Shown: piece by piece, positions 1 to 11,845 of the stretch | How positions within the stretch are numbered: position 1 is the stretch's first letter | Layout: every line of letters begins with the position of its first letter | Origin: Lama glama | Lineage: Eukaryota | Assembly (NCBI GenBank): GCA_028534125.1 | Contig: CM052817.1 | Location: 62,684,001-62,748,000 of the forward strand | DNA: 64,000 bases | Direction: 5' to 3' | Notes under the pieces: model-generated | Database searches by the model: none | The model's input: only the letters and a program-made list of their open reading frames with translations | What the model was told of the DNA's origin: nothing | Translations under genes and position numbers: made by a program

Positions 1-193
1 AACGAGAGTTCTAGTTATTTATGGGTTCAATAGACTTCAACAGTCTGTGCTAAAAATCTAATTACGATGTATATTTCCCTGGAAAACGTTTCTAAATGCA
101 AACAACCAACCTAGGTATGCACCTTTAGAGCTTGATTTTTCCCAAAGTAAAGGGGCACCACTGGAGCAACTTTTTACACTATTATGCTTAACT

Positions 194-576
194 CAAGGGC
201 AAGATCCAGGTTTTGGTGGGTTCTAAAGCTTACAGATTGTTTGGGACCCCCTCCTCCAACTTAAAGAAAAAGAATGTGAATACAGAATTTGGTAACATAG
301 TGTAAGCTTACTTAAAATGAAAAAAAAGAAAAGAAAAGAAAAGAAAAGAAATCACACTAAACTATTGGAGGCTTGTATATTCTGGCCCTTTTTTCCTTCC
401 AAGGAGTTTTTAGGGATTTATCAGAAATATTTTGGAAAGAATGTACCCTTATTGCAAGTTGGTGTCTCACCTAGAACGCTGTCTGCATAGTCACAACTCT
501 TAGAGACCCTGGGAAGTGAGGGGCTTTCTTCAGAGGCTTTAAAAAGCCTCTTTAGCTTTATGTTCAGTACACCTCT
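194..576. mobile_element. Non-autonomous hAT (Tip100-type) DNA transposon remnant
   Basis: Starts caagggcaagatccaggttttggtgggttctaaagcttacagattg, resembling the recalled CAGGGGCGGATCCAGGTTTTGTGGGGCCTGAAGCTTATACAATT terminus. Ends ...tagctttatgttcagtacacctctg, like the matching other end. Contains an internal (GAAAA)n tract at ~320-350. Confidence 0.55.
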
Positions 577-1877
577 GCTGATCAAACCCATACCCTTTCA
601 GAATGAACTCATTTTCTTTTCTTTTAAGAGAAGAAAAAAAATGGACAATTGTAAAGACATAAGTTCTTTGGGTATTTATTTTTAAGAATGTCAGAGCTTC
701 TGTGACACCACTACCGGTTATTGCTATATGCATCTTTTAGGGAAAATGTCCATATTTAGTATGCATAAATAAAAAATACTTAAAGATTTAATATCATTAC
801 ATATCATTTAAATTATTTTGAAGTATGTAAGTACTTGTCTATTCTACATTCATTAGATTGTTTGCCATATTTGTTGATTCTAGTTATGATTATACTCATG
901 GAATGAAGAAGGCAGATGTGATGTGATGAGTATCAATAATTAAACGTATATCCATTTCTAGTTGCATTCCTTGACTTCTTGACTTTTTTTTTAATGTAGT
1001 TTTAAAATTTGGGGGGTGCTCTAACTGTTCGCTTCCTTTAACATCTTTCCAATAACTCAAAATTGCATTTGTAATTTAAAAAAATAAAGCTTCTAATATC
1101 ATGTATCACATTTATTACTTTAGTGGCAAGTTTATCACACTTCATCATTGAACCAAGAATTCTGTCATCTTGTGAAAAGACAGCAAAATTGCCTATACTG
1201 GTGAGATTTGTAAATTGGAGCTGAGTGTGAAGGTAACATGATGAGAAAAAGCACATTAACCAGCTCAGAGTTCACTGCAAGATGAACACTTCAACCTACA
1301 TGTGTGTGAAAGGTTGCTAACGCAAACTGAAGACTCAAAATTTAAGGCAAGGAGATTTCGATTACTCAGTTACACGGTCAAAAACCATGTCTGAAAACAA
1401 GAAGTATAACATATCTTGCATCTGAATTAAAGATAATTTCCCCATACATTTCAAAATAGAACTTACTTTATCCTAAACCAGATTCATTAAGCTACTCTAG
1501 GACATTGGTATTTTCATGCCTCTCTTTTCATAACAGAAATGTTTGGAGTTAAGCTGATGCTCAGAAAGTTTGATTAACAACTGGAGGAATGAGAGAAACT
1601 AGAGGAGAACACGGCTTTGGCTCTCAGTGTCTGCCACCCGATTCACGCCTTCATACTGAGTATTCATAGAGCTGGCAACTGAAGACAAGCTCCCCCAAAT
1701 TATACAAAAATATCCAAGTTACTATAATGGCTCCCCACTGTAGGTTCTTCACTCATCTAGCACCTCCTTCTCTTTATGCAAAAAGTGATCATTAGTCGAT
1801 ACACTTGCACCTTCCTTGTTGCCACCTCCAAGCCTTGTTCCTCCAATTTTGCCTTGGTATCTCTAACAATCATAAAA

Positions 1878-2030
1878 TTAGTAGCTAATATTTTTTATTG
1901 TTTGCTACAGGTTAGACACTGTGCTAAAAGCTTTATATTAATTGTCTTGTTATATTTCCCTAACAACTATATATATATGTGATATAAGTATTGCTTTTAC
2001 CCAATTTTTCAGATATGGAGGATTAACTGC
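1878..2030 (-). mobile_element. MIR SINE fragment
   Basis: agacactgtgctaaaagctttata...cccaatttttcagatatggag matches the reverse complement of the MIR core. Confidence 0.7.
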
Positions 2031-2099
2031 CTCTTCTGCTCTAAATCTATGCCTTTAAGAGGTTTTGTTCTCTCCATGAACAAATACAGTCATTTCCTT

Positions 2100-2490
2100 C
2101 TTTTCTTATTTTCCCTAAATTATTTACTCCCTTTTCTTACTTCACCATAAGATAATGTACCTTCAACTCTATATTTTCTTCTGGCTACTTATTTCTTTCT
2201 TTTTTTTTTTATTTTAGTGAAGAAAGTTTTTTTTTTTTTTTTTGAACAGTCATCTCTATGACTTTCAGTCACTAGTTCTTAAATTCTGGTTCACTTTGAC
2301 CCACTGAATTTGGTTCAAGCCTGCTGACTTGCTGAAACTGCTCTGTAAATGTTCACCATGACTGCCGAGTCAAATTGTCCTTGTTGAGCACCAAACCATC
2401 TGACTTCCATATAGCAAATAATATCTCAACTTTAACACAGTTAGAAATGTAGACTCTCAAACTAGAAATCTCTTAATAACTCCACTTCTC
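2100..2490 (+). mobile_element. L2 LINE fragment
   Basis: gctgaaactgctctgtaaatgttcaccatgac and caaataatatctcaactttaacac resemble L2 consensus segments. Confidence 0.5.
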
Positions 2491-2504
2491 CACTGCCTAT
2501 GACA

Positions 2505-2800
2505 AGCTATCTAATGCTGTGTAACCACCTTAGTTATCTAAAAGACGACACATTTCTATTATGTTACATATTCTATGAGCCAGGGTTCTGGGTATGGATA
2601 AACTGGGCTCTTTTCAGGGTGTCTTGATGCTGTGATCAAGGTGCCAGCCATGGTCTGCTGTCTCATTTAAGGCTCTACCGGCAGAGGGTCCATTCAAAGC
2701 TCACTCACGTCCTTGGCAGAATTCAGTTCCTTGAGGCTATGGGACTAAGGACTTGAGTTCCTTCCTATCACACCATGTAACTTTGACTAATCAGTAGTAT
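2505..2800 (-). mobile_element. MLT1-type (MaLR) LTR fragment
   Basis: gtgatcaaggtgccagcc...aagctcactcacgtccttggcagaattcagttccttgaggctatgggactaagg is typical of MLT1D/E/F reverse complement. Confidence 0.7.
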
Positions 2801-2839
2801 CTGATGAAAAAGTCATTCTGAATTAAGAATCATATCATC

Positions 2840-3088
2840 ATTATTGAACTAATATTTATTGAGCATTCTGCATGTGCCAAGTACAGCTCTAAATTCTTTC
2901 ATGTTTTAACTCATCACAGAAATCTTATGACATAAATCATATTATTTCCTCTGTGTTATAGATGAAAAACCTGACACAGGAGTAAGTTAAGTGAATTCCC
3001 AAGTTCATATAGCTAATAAATAATGGAAACAGGATTCATGAATAAGCCTTTTGAGTTAAGAATTTGCACTTACAACCACTCCACCACA
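2840..3088 (-). mobile_element. MIR SINE
   Basis: atttattgagcattctgcatgtgccaag...gttatagatgaaaaacctgacacagg...gttaagtgaattcccaagttcatatagctaataaataatggaaacaggattc. Confidence 0.85.
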
Positions 3089-3364
3089 ACAGGTTTCTTA
3101 CATAAATTATTCTTTTCAATTTGGAAAAGTGGAAGGAAGGCTTGTAAGAAAGTTAACAATATTTAGGTTCCCAATGAAACTGGAATTCATTAAGCAAACA
3201 TTCCATTTTTTTCCTAATGCTCCTAAGCTTTTAATTATCAATAAAACCAGGCCAGTTATTAATGCTGATAAGTGCCACCTCTGTCCCTCACATATTTTAA
3301 TACGTCAGTCTTAGGGAAGATGGTTCAGCCATGAACAGACCCCACTACTTAAGATAAAGTAAGT

Positions 3365-5070
3365 GAGGTGCAGTGAAGGGAAAACAAAGGAATCAGCCTG
3401 AATGCAGACTGGTACTATTGTCATGAATGCTCTGCTTATTCAGATGGAGACGTGTGCCTCCCTGGTTTCCTCCACTAAATAAGTTACTAAATTACTAAAG
3501 TAAGTACTAAAGCGACCACAGGCAGTTGATGCTCCATCAGTATTTCCTAATCTGTGTTCAGCTGTGGTCACATTCACCATAGATGAAGATGCCCACACAC
3601 TGGGAATATCCTGCTTTGAGACCAAGAGTGAGATATCAGGGGAGGTAGGTTGTTGGTGTCACTACTTTGATCACTGAAGGGAGGGGAAAGGGGACTCAAA
3701 TAACCAAACTGATTGCAGAGTATGGCTGTTGTATATGCTGCCTGGGATTGTCGACACTGAGTGAATATATCCCAGAGTTTAGAGCAGATAGCGTGCAATG
3801 CACGTAACTTTGTAAGCTTTGGTTTCCTCATTTGTAAAGAGGAAGTGAAGGTACTTACTTCATATTAAATGTTAGCTTATTAAAAATTAGGTAAGTTAAT
3901 ACTAAAAAAACCCAAAACAAACCAGATCTGGGTGTTCTGGCAGAGAATAAGAGTTTAAAACATACTATTTACTCATATTAGACTTTGTAGTATTGTTATG
4001 AGAAGTAAGATTATATATATAACACATATATAGTGCTTAGCTTGATAAATATTTATTATTATAACAATATTATTTAATTATTAATTATTATTATAATTAC
4101 AACCTATTCCAAACTTTCATTAAGTACTTGCTTTATGGCCAAATTATATACAATCTATCAAAGAGGCATATCCTAGTAAGACCTTAGAAAATAAAGATTC
4201 TATGTGGGTTATCATATGTACTACTGGAAAGGTTGATATCGTTTCATTAAGACTGAGAAGTAAACTGAATATTCATTACTGGATTTCTGCATGGAGATGA
4301 GACATAAGAGGGACCTCTTGACAGCCAACTTTTCCTCAAGAAATAGTTTCAGATCTACTCAAATAAAAGCATGCTAAAATATGTAACACATACAATCAAA
4401 TAAAGTGTGAGGTCTCATATTGCCTGTATTAGAAGGTTTCAGGGCTCAGCTTCGTAATCCAAACTCTTTAGGTTCTGAATATAATATTGCACAAACTGGT
4501 AGGGGTTGTATGACCAGAGTTAAACATCATTTGGGGTATTTTATGACCCCATTTAACAACAGAGAAGACAGGAGAGGGTACCCATCACCAATGGCACTAT
4601 ATTCACATTCCTAGTTGATGCTCTAATAAGGTTCATAGTAGAAAATGAAGCAAATGGTTTCAAACTGGGCAAAATAAATTATTATCTAGCAGATGTTGCA
4701 ACCTACAAAATGGCTGATCTTAGTAATATCTCTTTGTTGATACAGCCAACCAGATAAGATGGATACAAAGGCAGGAACACTACCAAACACTCAGTAAGTT
4801 GATTGGTGGTGTCTCGTTACCCATTGAGCTTTGGAGATTAATGATTAGTTTCTTCTTGTATGTCCAGGAATAAAGCTCTCCAGCCTAGTCTCAGCACATT
4901 TACTAGGCTGCCATTCAGCCAAGGCAAAAACTTTAAAAGCAACTGAGTATTCCTCTGATGGAGGATATAGTGAGCTTAGGGGTAAGTAGAAAGGAAGATA
5001 AAGACAAGTAAGGGCATGGATAAACCAAACTGGGCCCTCTGTCAGTGTGTCAGAGTTGACTATCAATCTG
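3365..5070 (+). mobile_element. Highly decayed non-LTR retrotransposon ORF2 (linker plus reverse transcriptase), L1/Tx1 type, interrupted by MIR
   Basis: Manual translation allowing frameshifts gives ORF2 motifs in canonical order: GISLNADWYYCHECSAY (~KGAxIRSRAxW..GEKxTKYF), LPGIVD/SEYIPEFRAD (~PGPDG..EFYKxF), LFQTFIKYLLYGQI, LRLRSKLNIH/TGFLHG (~NRL..IHxDQTGF..G), TYNQIKCE/ILPVLEGF (~AFDRVEW.FL..VLEKF), TRVKHHLGYFMTPFNNREDRRGYPSP (~ARV..NG..S.PF...RG.RQGCPLSP), FLVDALIRFI..NGFKLGKINYYLADVATY (~YADD), GYKGRNTTK (~GYKIN..K), RLPFSQGK, KGMDKPNWAL (~GGLxLPN). Confidence 0.55.
3800..4095 (+). mobile_element. MIR SINE (one or two fragments) inserted into the LINE fossil
   Basis: MIR core tttggtttcctcatttgtaaagaggaagtgaaggtacttacttcata, followed by 3' end-like sequence and an (ATT)n-like tail. 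Confidence 0.75.
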
Positions 5071-6779
5071 ATAAACACAGTTGGTTCCATAAATCCTCCT
5101 AGTAGTTAAAGCATTTTATCACAGCTTATTAGACTGTGATAAAATGTATAGTTCAAGTAGATGTCCTCATATATTCTGGAAATTACCAGCACCCATTTAT
5201 ATGGAACCTGTACTACTAGTTTTAATTAACTGAAATCATCTGCTTGGAATTATGCTTTCAATTTAGCTCACATTTCAATCTCCATAAATTCTTTCTTAGT
5301 GCTTTACTCTGTAGCATGCAAATGGCTCCTATGCCAACCCCCAGGAATGTCTAATGGCATCAGGCGATGGCAGGTTGTAGAGCACTGAGCGTGCTTATAG
5401 AGCATGGGGGTTGGGGGGATGCTGTGCTAAAGAAGCTTTGTCCTATTGATTTAACATGAGAAACAAATACAACTTTTATTTACACTGAGTGTACCACCTC
5501 TTGTTGTCAAATTAGTATTACTATTTGAATCAAAGACAGTTGATTTGACCAAAGGAAATTATATCTTCTCCATATAGCATATAAAATGGTATTTGCCTAT
5601 TTTTAATGAAATTGTAGGTAAAACTGATTGTAATCTACTTAAAATATTGAATTTTTTCTACAATGTGGTATTGGATGCATTTATCTATATGAAAAGAAAA
5701 TGGTACTATTACTGTATACATATTTTTGCCACATCAACTTTTTTTCACTTCATTTTCTTACTGTTCCTTCTTTTACAAAATTGAAAATGATATATTGTTG
5801 ATAAATCTCAACATTTAAGGTGTCACTATATGAGAAAACAGAATAAGCACATTATATTATATATGCAAATGATAATTATCAACTTATTATAAAGTAAATA
5901 ATGTTTAGTATCCAGCTTTCAGAGGGATGAACTGGAGTGGGGTGAGACAGGAAGCTGAAGTGTTAAAAAATACTTTAAAAAATTATTGGTTAAGGTTTAT
6001 AAGTGATGGCAAGGTAGGTATTTGCTTCTTCCTTTACTGTGTGGCCTGTCTACCAGTTCTGCTATGAAATAATTATATATAAGGCTTTGCTGGGTTTAAT
6101 TTTACAGACAGACTGAGAAAGCCGCAGTTCGACAGACTTTTATCCAACTTGTCTCTGAATGAATATGGTTTTCCTTTTTGACTATCACCACTGCAAGAAC
6201 AGTTCTCTGCAAACAGTAGGTGCTTAATAAATATTATTGGTTAACTATGGAATTAAATTGGTAGTACATATTCTTCTTTCTTGTGCTCCTTGGCAAACAG
6301 ACTAAAAGAATACAATGAACTAATTTGTATCACATGGGTGAGCACAGAGAGTGTTTAATTCAGTCTAATGTTCTTTCCAAATGGTTCAATATTTCCTTGA
6401 ATTCAGTCTCTTTCCACGACCAGGCAGAGTGAGTAAAATACTCTCCGGGAATAAAGTGCTCATCCGTGTGATGAAAATTAAGTCCTTCAGAGCACCAGGG
6501 AGTTAATGGTAAATTATTTCTTCTGGTACCAAAATGAATCAAATTGCCAATTAATCATTTCCCAGGGTATGCCAAACTACAAGCTGTACTTTTTGAAAAT
6601 GTCTTGGGAAGAGAATCTGTGCCTTCTTTTTAACTTGCCATCTTGATGAGTCTTAGGAGTCCTTCCCTCTCTTTGTGCTTCTTTGCTTTACTTTTATCTA
6701 GACCAATTTTTTCAAATGTGTTTGTAGAAAGATGGACGTGACTATCTCCTGGATAGACAAACTGGCCTGGAGCATCAGT

Positions 6780-7340
6780 TGGCTGTCTACTGAGTAGTAT
6801 TTCCCCTGCGCCATGATGGCAGAGCCTGATTTTATTTCAGTGTTCAAAATGTCTCAGTGTCAAAACCAGAGCTCCGATTTTGTTTTACCAGGTAACCTGA
6901 TGGCTTAAAGTGAGTCATGGTGGTCTCCCCTTCTCAGGGATGAGTTTAGGTGTGGCTCTATGACCAATATGATCTATGAGCTATGAGGAGAAGTCTGTTG
7001 AGGGTAGTCCTTGGTGAGGATTACTGATAAAGCCGGACACAAGAAAGAAGAGACCTTTCTTCTACCACAGGGTGTCTGGACCTCTAACTGCCACAGCCAC
7101 CTTGCCAACAAGAGATCAGACTGAGGCCAGAGGGCAGAGATATGGAAGGAAATGTGTCCCGGAAAAGATTATTGAGCCTTCTGACGGTGCTGGTCCCACC
7201 TCTAAACCTCCACTCTGAGTAAGTAAGAGGAGTAAATTAAAAAGTCAGGAGATCTCCGGCATGTTATGCAGCAAAGTATTCCTTATTGCTTACATCAGTT
7301 GAGACAGCGTTGTCTGCTAACTGTAGACTCACAAAACACC
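6780..7340 (+). mobile_element. Old MLT1 (MLT1I/J-like) MaLR LTR
   Basis: gggatgagtttaggtgtggctctatgaccaa...gagaagtctg...acagccaccttg...gggcagagatatggaaggaa...attattgagcc...ttccttattgcttac follows MLT1I/J organisation. Confidence 0.6.
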
Positions 7341-9333
7341 TTCTATGAACCTATCTTAGACCACAGAAAATAAATCTGTATTTTGGATAGGATCTGGGAA
7401 GGTTTCTAAAATTATCTGTTCTGTCAAAACAAGACCCTCAAACACACACTGAGTCTTGGTCTAAAGATATTCAGGAGAGAAGTCACTTCTTAGAATGCTA
7501 CACTCCTCCAACAGACATAATAGAAAAATACTTAATATTTCTGCTTGTTAATAATTACTTAAATATTCCTGAGTAAAGTCAAATTTACTCCTTTTAAAAT
7601 GAAAAGAATATTCGTATTTATTTCTAACATTTTGAAAGATTTAGTGGGGACCTCAAAAAACATTTCCAGGAGGAAACTTTTTAATTGCAAAGCATAGACA
7701 ATGTTTTAATTAGGCTTTAACATAAGAGCAGAACTACTGCGTTAAGAGTATCTTCCTTGGAGTGGGGATCCCAGGAACAAACACACAATGACTTTGTTGG
7801 AACAAAATTAAAAGAAAATAAAAATAAAATGACATACTCGGGGATAAAGACATGGATTCTTGGATATAAACTTACTGGGAGTAAAGAAGGTAGTCAGAGA
7901 CAGGAGGGTATAAAAGAAAGAATAAATATGTAAATGGATGCTTCTATACAGAAGCCGTTTTATGTTTCAATAGCACCTGAAGAAATAATATGCCCTCTGA
8001 ATTGTTATCCAAAGATCACAAATCAATTTTTGGATAAGTGGTCCTACAGCTAAATATTAGGAAAGAGTAATACATATTATAGTGACATTTCAGATGGAAG
8101 AAAAGCACATTTCATAGTCCTAAAAATAGTAAAACATACTCATCTGAACATCTGGTCATTTCAGATGAAAAATCTAACAGGTCTTCAGGGTGTATTATTG
8201 CATTAAAAGTCAGAGACAAGAACTTGTTGGGAACAAAAGACTGACTTATGTGCTTTTTTACAGTGTTAGAGTCACTTAGATAATTAATTGGCATTAGTTG
8301 ACACTCAGGCATATTTTTAGTTTGCAATAATGCCAAGTGAACAGCCCTATAGAGTGCTAACTATAATCCTGATACCTGCAACTACAAAACAGAATGGCAT
8401 TCACATCTTACTTGTATTTATCTGTAAAATAATAATAATAATGTCACATTCTTTCCTTAAAATAAAACAATCCCATCCTTCATTGCTCCTAGCTGTGTGA
8501 AATACAGTTATCGTTGAAGGGGAATTTGCATAATGCTTTTGAAGGGCTTAATAGCTATAATAATTTTAATCTACTACAGAATGTTTATAATATGTAGAAA
8601 GATGATTTTTTTATTGTAAGAGGGGATTATTAAGGCAAATCATTTAATCAAGAGAATAATGGTAATACATGGATAGATGACACTTCACGGTTTATGTTTT
8701 GCAAATACGTTTGAAATTTCCCTGTACGGATTTGGCCCATGAATCACTTTGGAAAGAAGTTATTTAGAAAATGAGGTTCATTTTTAACGATTTGTCTTAA
8801 AATTAATTCATTATCTTCAATATGATACCTGCTTTAGTCAGAAACTTAAACTCTTACTGTATGAAAGGATCTCTGTGGAGAACATTGCTTGCTCTTTTTA
8901 TCCTGCCTTTGATCTGACAGCATGCTTTCCTCATCCCAGAATAACTAGCAGGGACCAAAGACAAAGTGCAGATTTCTCTGGGGTGTTTTGCCAGATACTA
9001 TCACCTGTAATGTGTATCATATCACTCTCCTATGAAGCGTCAAATGGTGACTTAAGTAATTTGATATTAATTATAATAATCAATCATAATTTTAGGGGAA
9101 AAACTAATTTCTTTTTTCAATAATTTGTATATTAGACTTTTCTGATTATCTTCCCTCTGGATCTAACTACTTAGGAACCAAAGTCTTGTGTTTACACATG
9201 CGACTGTTTATTATCTAACTGTAACCTTTCTGTTCTTGGACTTAATTTCTTTATATGTAAAATTCATATCATAAGAACATGAAACAATTATTATGATCAT
9301 CAAATGAAGTCATGTATGTGAAAGCTGTTAGGA

Positions 9334-9337
<4 letters not shown>

Positions 9338-9368
<31 letters not shown>

Positions 9369-9382
9369 CATATATATATATA
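9338..9382. repeat. (TA)n microsatellite at the end of a MIR fragment (~9190-9335)
   Basis: Directly visible TA run with two CA interruptions. Confidence 0.95.
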
Positions 9383-10599
9383 ATAGTAAGTAATCAGTAT
9401 TATTTTTTTTAAATGATGCAATATTCCTAAATTTTTGATGAATCAACTCTGTTTACTTGTTTGAAAATGAGTTCCTTAAATTTGCAGCATCAATATGAAT
9501 GACAGTATCTTGTTCATTCTGTAAGTGCCTCAGAACTTTTTGGAAGAATTCGGGAAGAAATGATTGCATATAAGTCAATACCTATATCTACATGCACTTA
9601 TTGCTTGAAACAGAAGAACAGTTTCAAAAATCTTTTTTAAAAGTTATTTAAACATCTTTCACTGGTTTTTCCTATTTATCGCTCCATCCACAAAAAATTT
9701 CAAGGATGTGGTGTATTGATTTTAGAATCTATCAAATTTTGTGAGCAACTGTGTTTGCAGTCAGTATGTAAGTAAATCCCAAGTCAGAATTCTATACTGT
9801 ACATGTGTAATGCAGACTTTATCAACTATCAGCAGGTGAAAGTGTGCACTGGTGCCAGGGAATATAGAAAGCATATGCAGTACATGAAAAATCATGCTGT
9901 GGCCCAAACACTTAACAAACAAGTCATAAGAAGTATTCTTATAAGTCTGAGAAGGCACATGTTTTCTATCCAATGCCATAAAAGTTTCTGTTTAAGTAGA
10001 ATGATTTTAATAGACTTTAATGTGCATTTTATCTTTTTCTCCTTTCTTTTCCCTTTGTTCATTTAAACGCATTACTACGTACTTTATGGAGGTTTTGATT
10101 CTTTCTAGAGATACTAATTTAGACATTTTTAATACCAAGTCTAGTTAAGACTTTAAATGCACTGACATAAGCAGTTCCAAAGCTACTACTTGCTATAGGC
10201 CTGTTTCTTCTGGTTGTTTGCATTTGGCGGCACTGAGACGATGTTGCCATAAAAGGATTCTCCATGTAGCACGTGACCCATTTCAATGAATGTATTATGT
10301 GTTTATCTGAAATGAAGGTCTCCTTGCTTTCCTGTCCTGTACTATGATGATTCTGCGAAGCAGCAGCTGTGTCTCACTTGAGATAAGGTCTCACTATAAA
10401 AAGAGGATTGAAGTGGCTTCTGAAAATGTAACTTGTAAGATATCATGGGAGAAATAGCACTGTGTAAATGAAATAAAGTTACATAAGAAATAACTTCAGG
10501 AAATAAGCTACTCTATTGTATAGAAGAATGCCTGCACCATAATAAATACAACCTATACATTCTTTTGGACATTGTGATGTTTCATGTTTTCTATACAAA

Positions 10600-10755
10600 T
10601 AATTCATTTGTCTACATGCATTGTATATAAATATGACTTAAGAGTTATCTCAAAGACTTGCCTGTCTTGTTAATACTGTTCCTGTTGCCTTGAACAGTGC
10701 CTGGAATATGGTGGCACTTTGTTGATTTTTTTTTTTGAATGAATGAATAAATGAA
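10600..10755 (+). mobile_element. L2 3' end
   Basis: gaacagtgcctggaatatggtggcac...ttgaatgaatgaataaatgaa. Confidence 0.75.
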
Positions 10756-10965
10756 CAATCATAGCATTATGCAAGGCTATATGTTTTAGGGAAAAAACGA
10801 AATGTTTTCAGATTGAAGCTGTCCACCTAAATATGTGAATTTGCCAAATTAATATGGTGATCACCTAAACAGAAATAAAGTGCAAGCATTTTTCTTAACT
10901 TTCTAGATAAGGGCAAATCAAATATGCTTTTCCTCTAAGAGAAAGTTCTCTGCATTGACCAAAAC

Positions 10966-11465
10966 AGAAGCTCTCAAACTTCAGTCTGCATAGAAATTAT
11001 CTGGAAAATTTATTTAGTCATATGTTTTTTACTTTTAACTTAAAATGATTTAAAAAAAAGAAATACTTTTTAATCCAAACCCAGCTTAAGAAATAGATCA
11101 TTAGAAGCTCCTCTGTGTGATCATCTTATGGCATCACGTTCTCTCCTCACCAGATGTAACCACTGTCTGGATCTCTGTGTTAATCACCCCACAGCTCCGG
11201 TTTAGGGTTTACCTAATATGAATGCACACATAGTTTACCTAGTATGAATGCACATACTCAATATTTATTGAATGAATAAAATATGTGTGTATCCATTACT
11301 ACATAGATTTTCAGGGATAGATCTTTATATAAATGAGGGGGATTGATTTTTTAACATAGATCTCTTAAATCCACCCCCATATACAATGTGGGAAAAGTTC
11401 AGGAACCTGCAATCCTCAGGTGACTCTGAGGTAGGTGGACTCTAGGCCACTCTTTAACAAATATC
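10966..11465. mobile_element. MER5-type hAT-Charlie MITE interrupted by an old L1 (L1ME-like) 3' fragment (~11020-11350)
   Basis: Left end cagaagctctcaaacttcagtctgcatagaaattatctgg and right part caggtgactctgaggtaggtggactctaggccactcttt flank an L1ME-like antisense segment. Confidence 0.55.
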
Positions 11466-11599
11466 ATATCAATTAATTTATCTACTTATTTACAGAGATA
11501 GAGATAAAAACAGATACTGATCGGAATGTGAACAAGGATCACTACAGGGATATCGACCTTCTGTTTTAACAAAGATTGCCCACTTATGACACTGATTTA

Positions 11600-11845
11600 C
11601 AGCAGTTAAAACATAGGTTTTGTATCTTCTGCCTGTGTTCCAGTCCAGGCTATAGCATGTATTGGCTGTGTAACTTTGGGAAAATCATTCAACCTCCATC
11701 TGTCTCAGTTTCTTCTGTAGCTAAGGGAATACAATACCAGTACCCGCCTTAGAAAGATGTTGTAGGATTAGTTCATTTATGTGAAGTGTTCAGAATGATG
11801 CCTAGTGTATGGTAAACTCTAAATGTAAATATTATCATCACTACT
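11600..11845 (+). mobile_element. MIR SINE
   Basis: ggctgtgtaactttgggaaaatcattcaacctccatctgtctcagtttcttctgtag...tgtgaagtgttcagaatgatgcctagtgtatggtaaactc. Confidence 0.85.

Noticed and set aside
11207..11256. 26-bp imperfect tandem duplication (similar short duplications at ~20594 and ~51966)
   Set aside because: Ordinary slippage duplications within old repeats.
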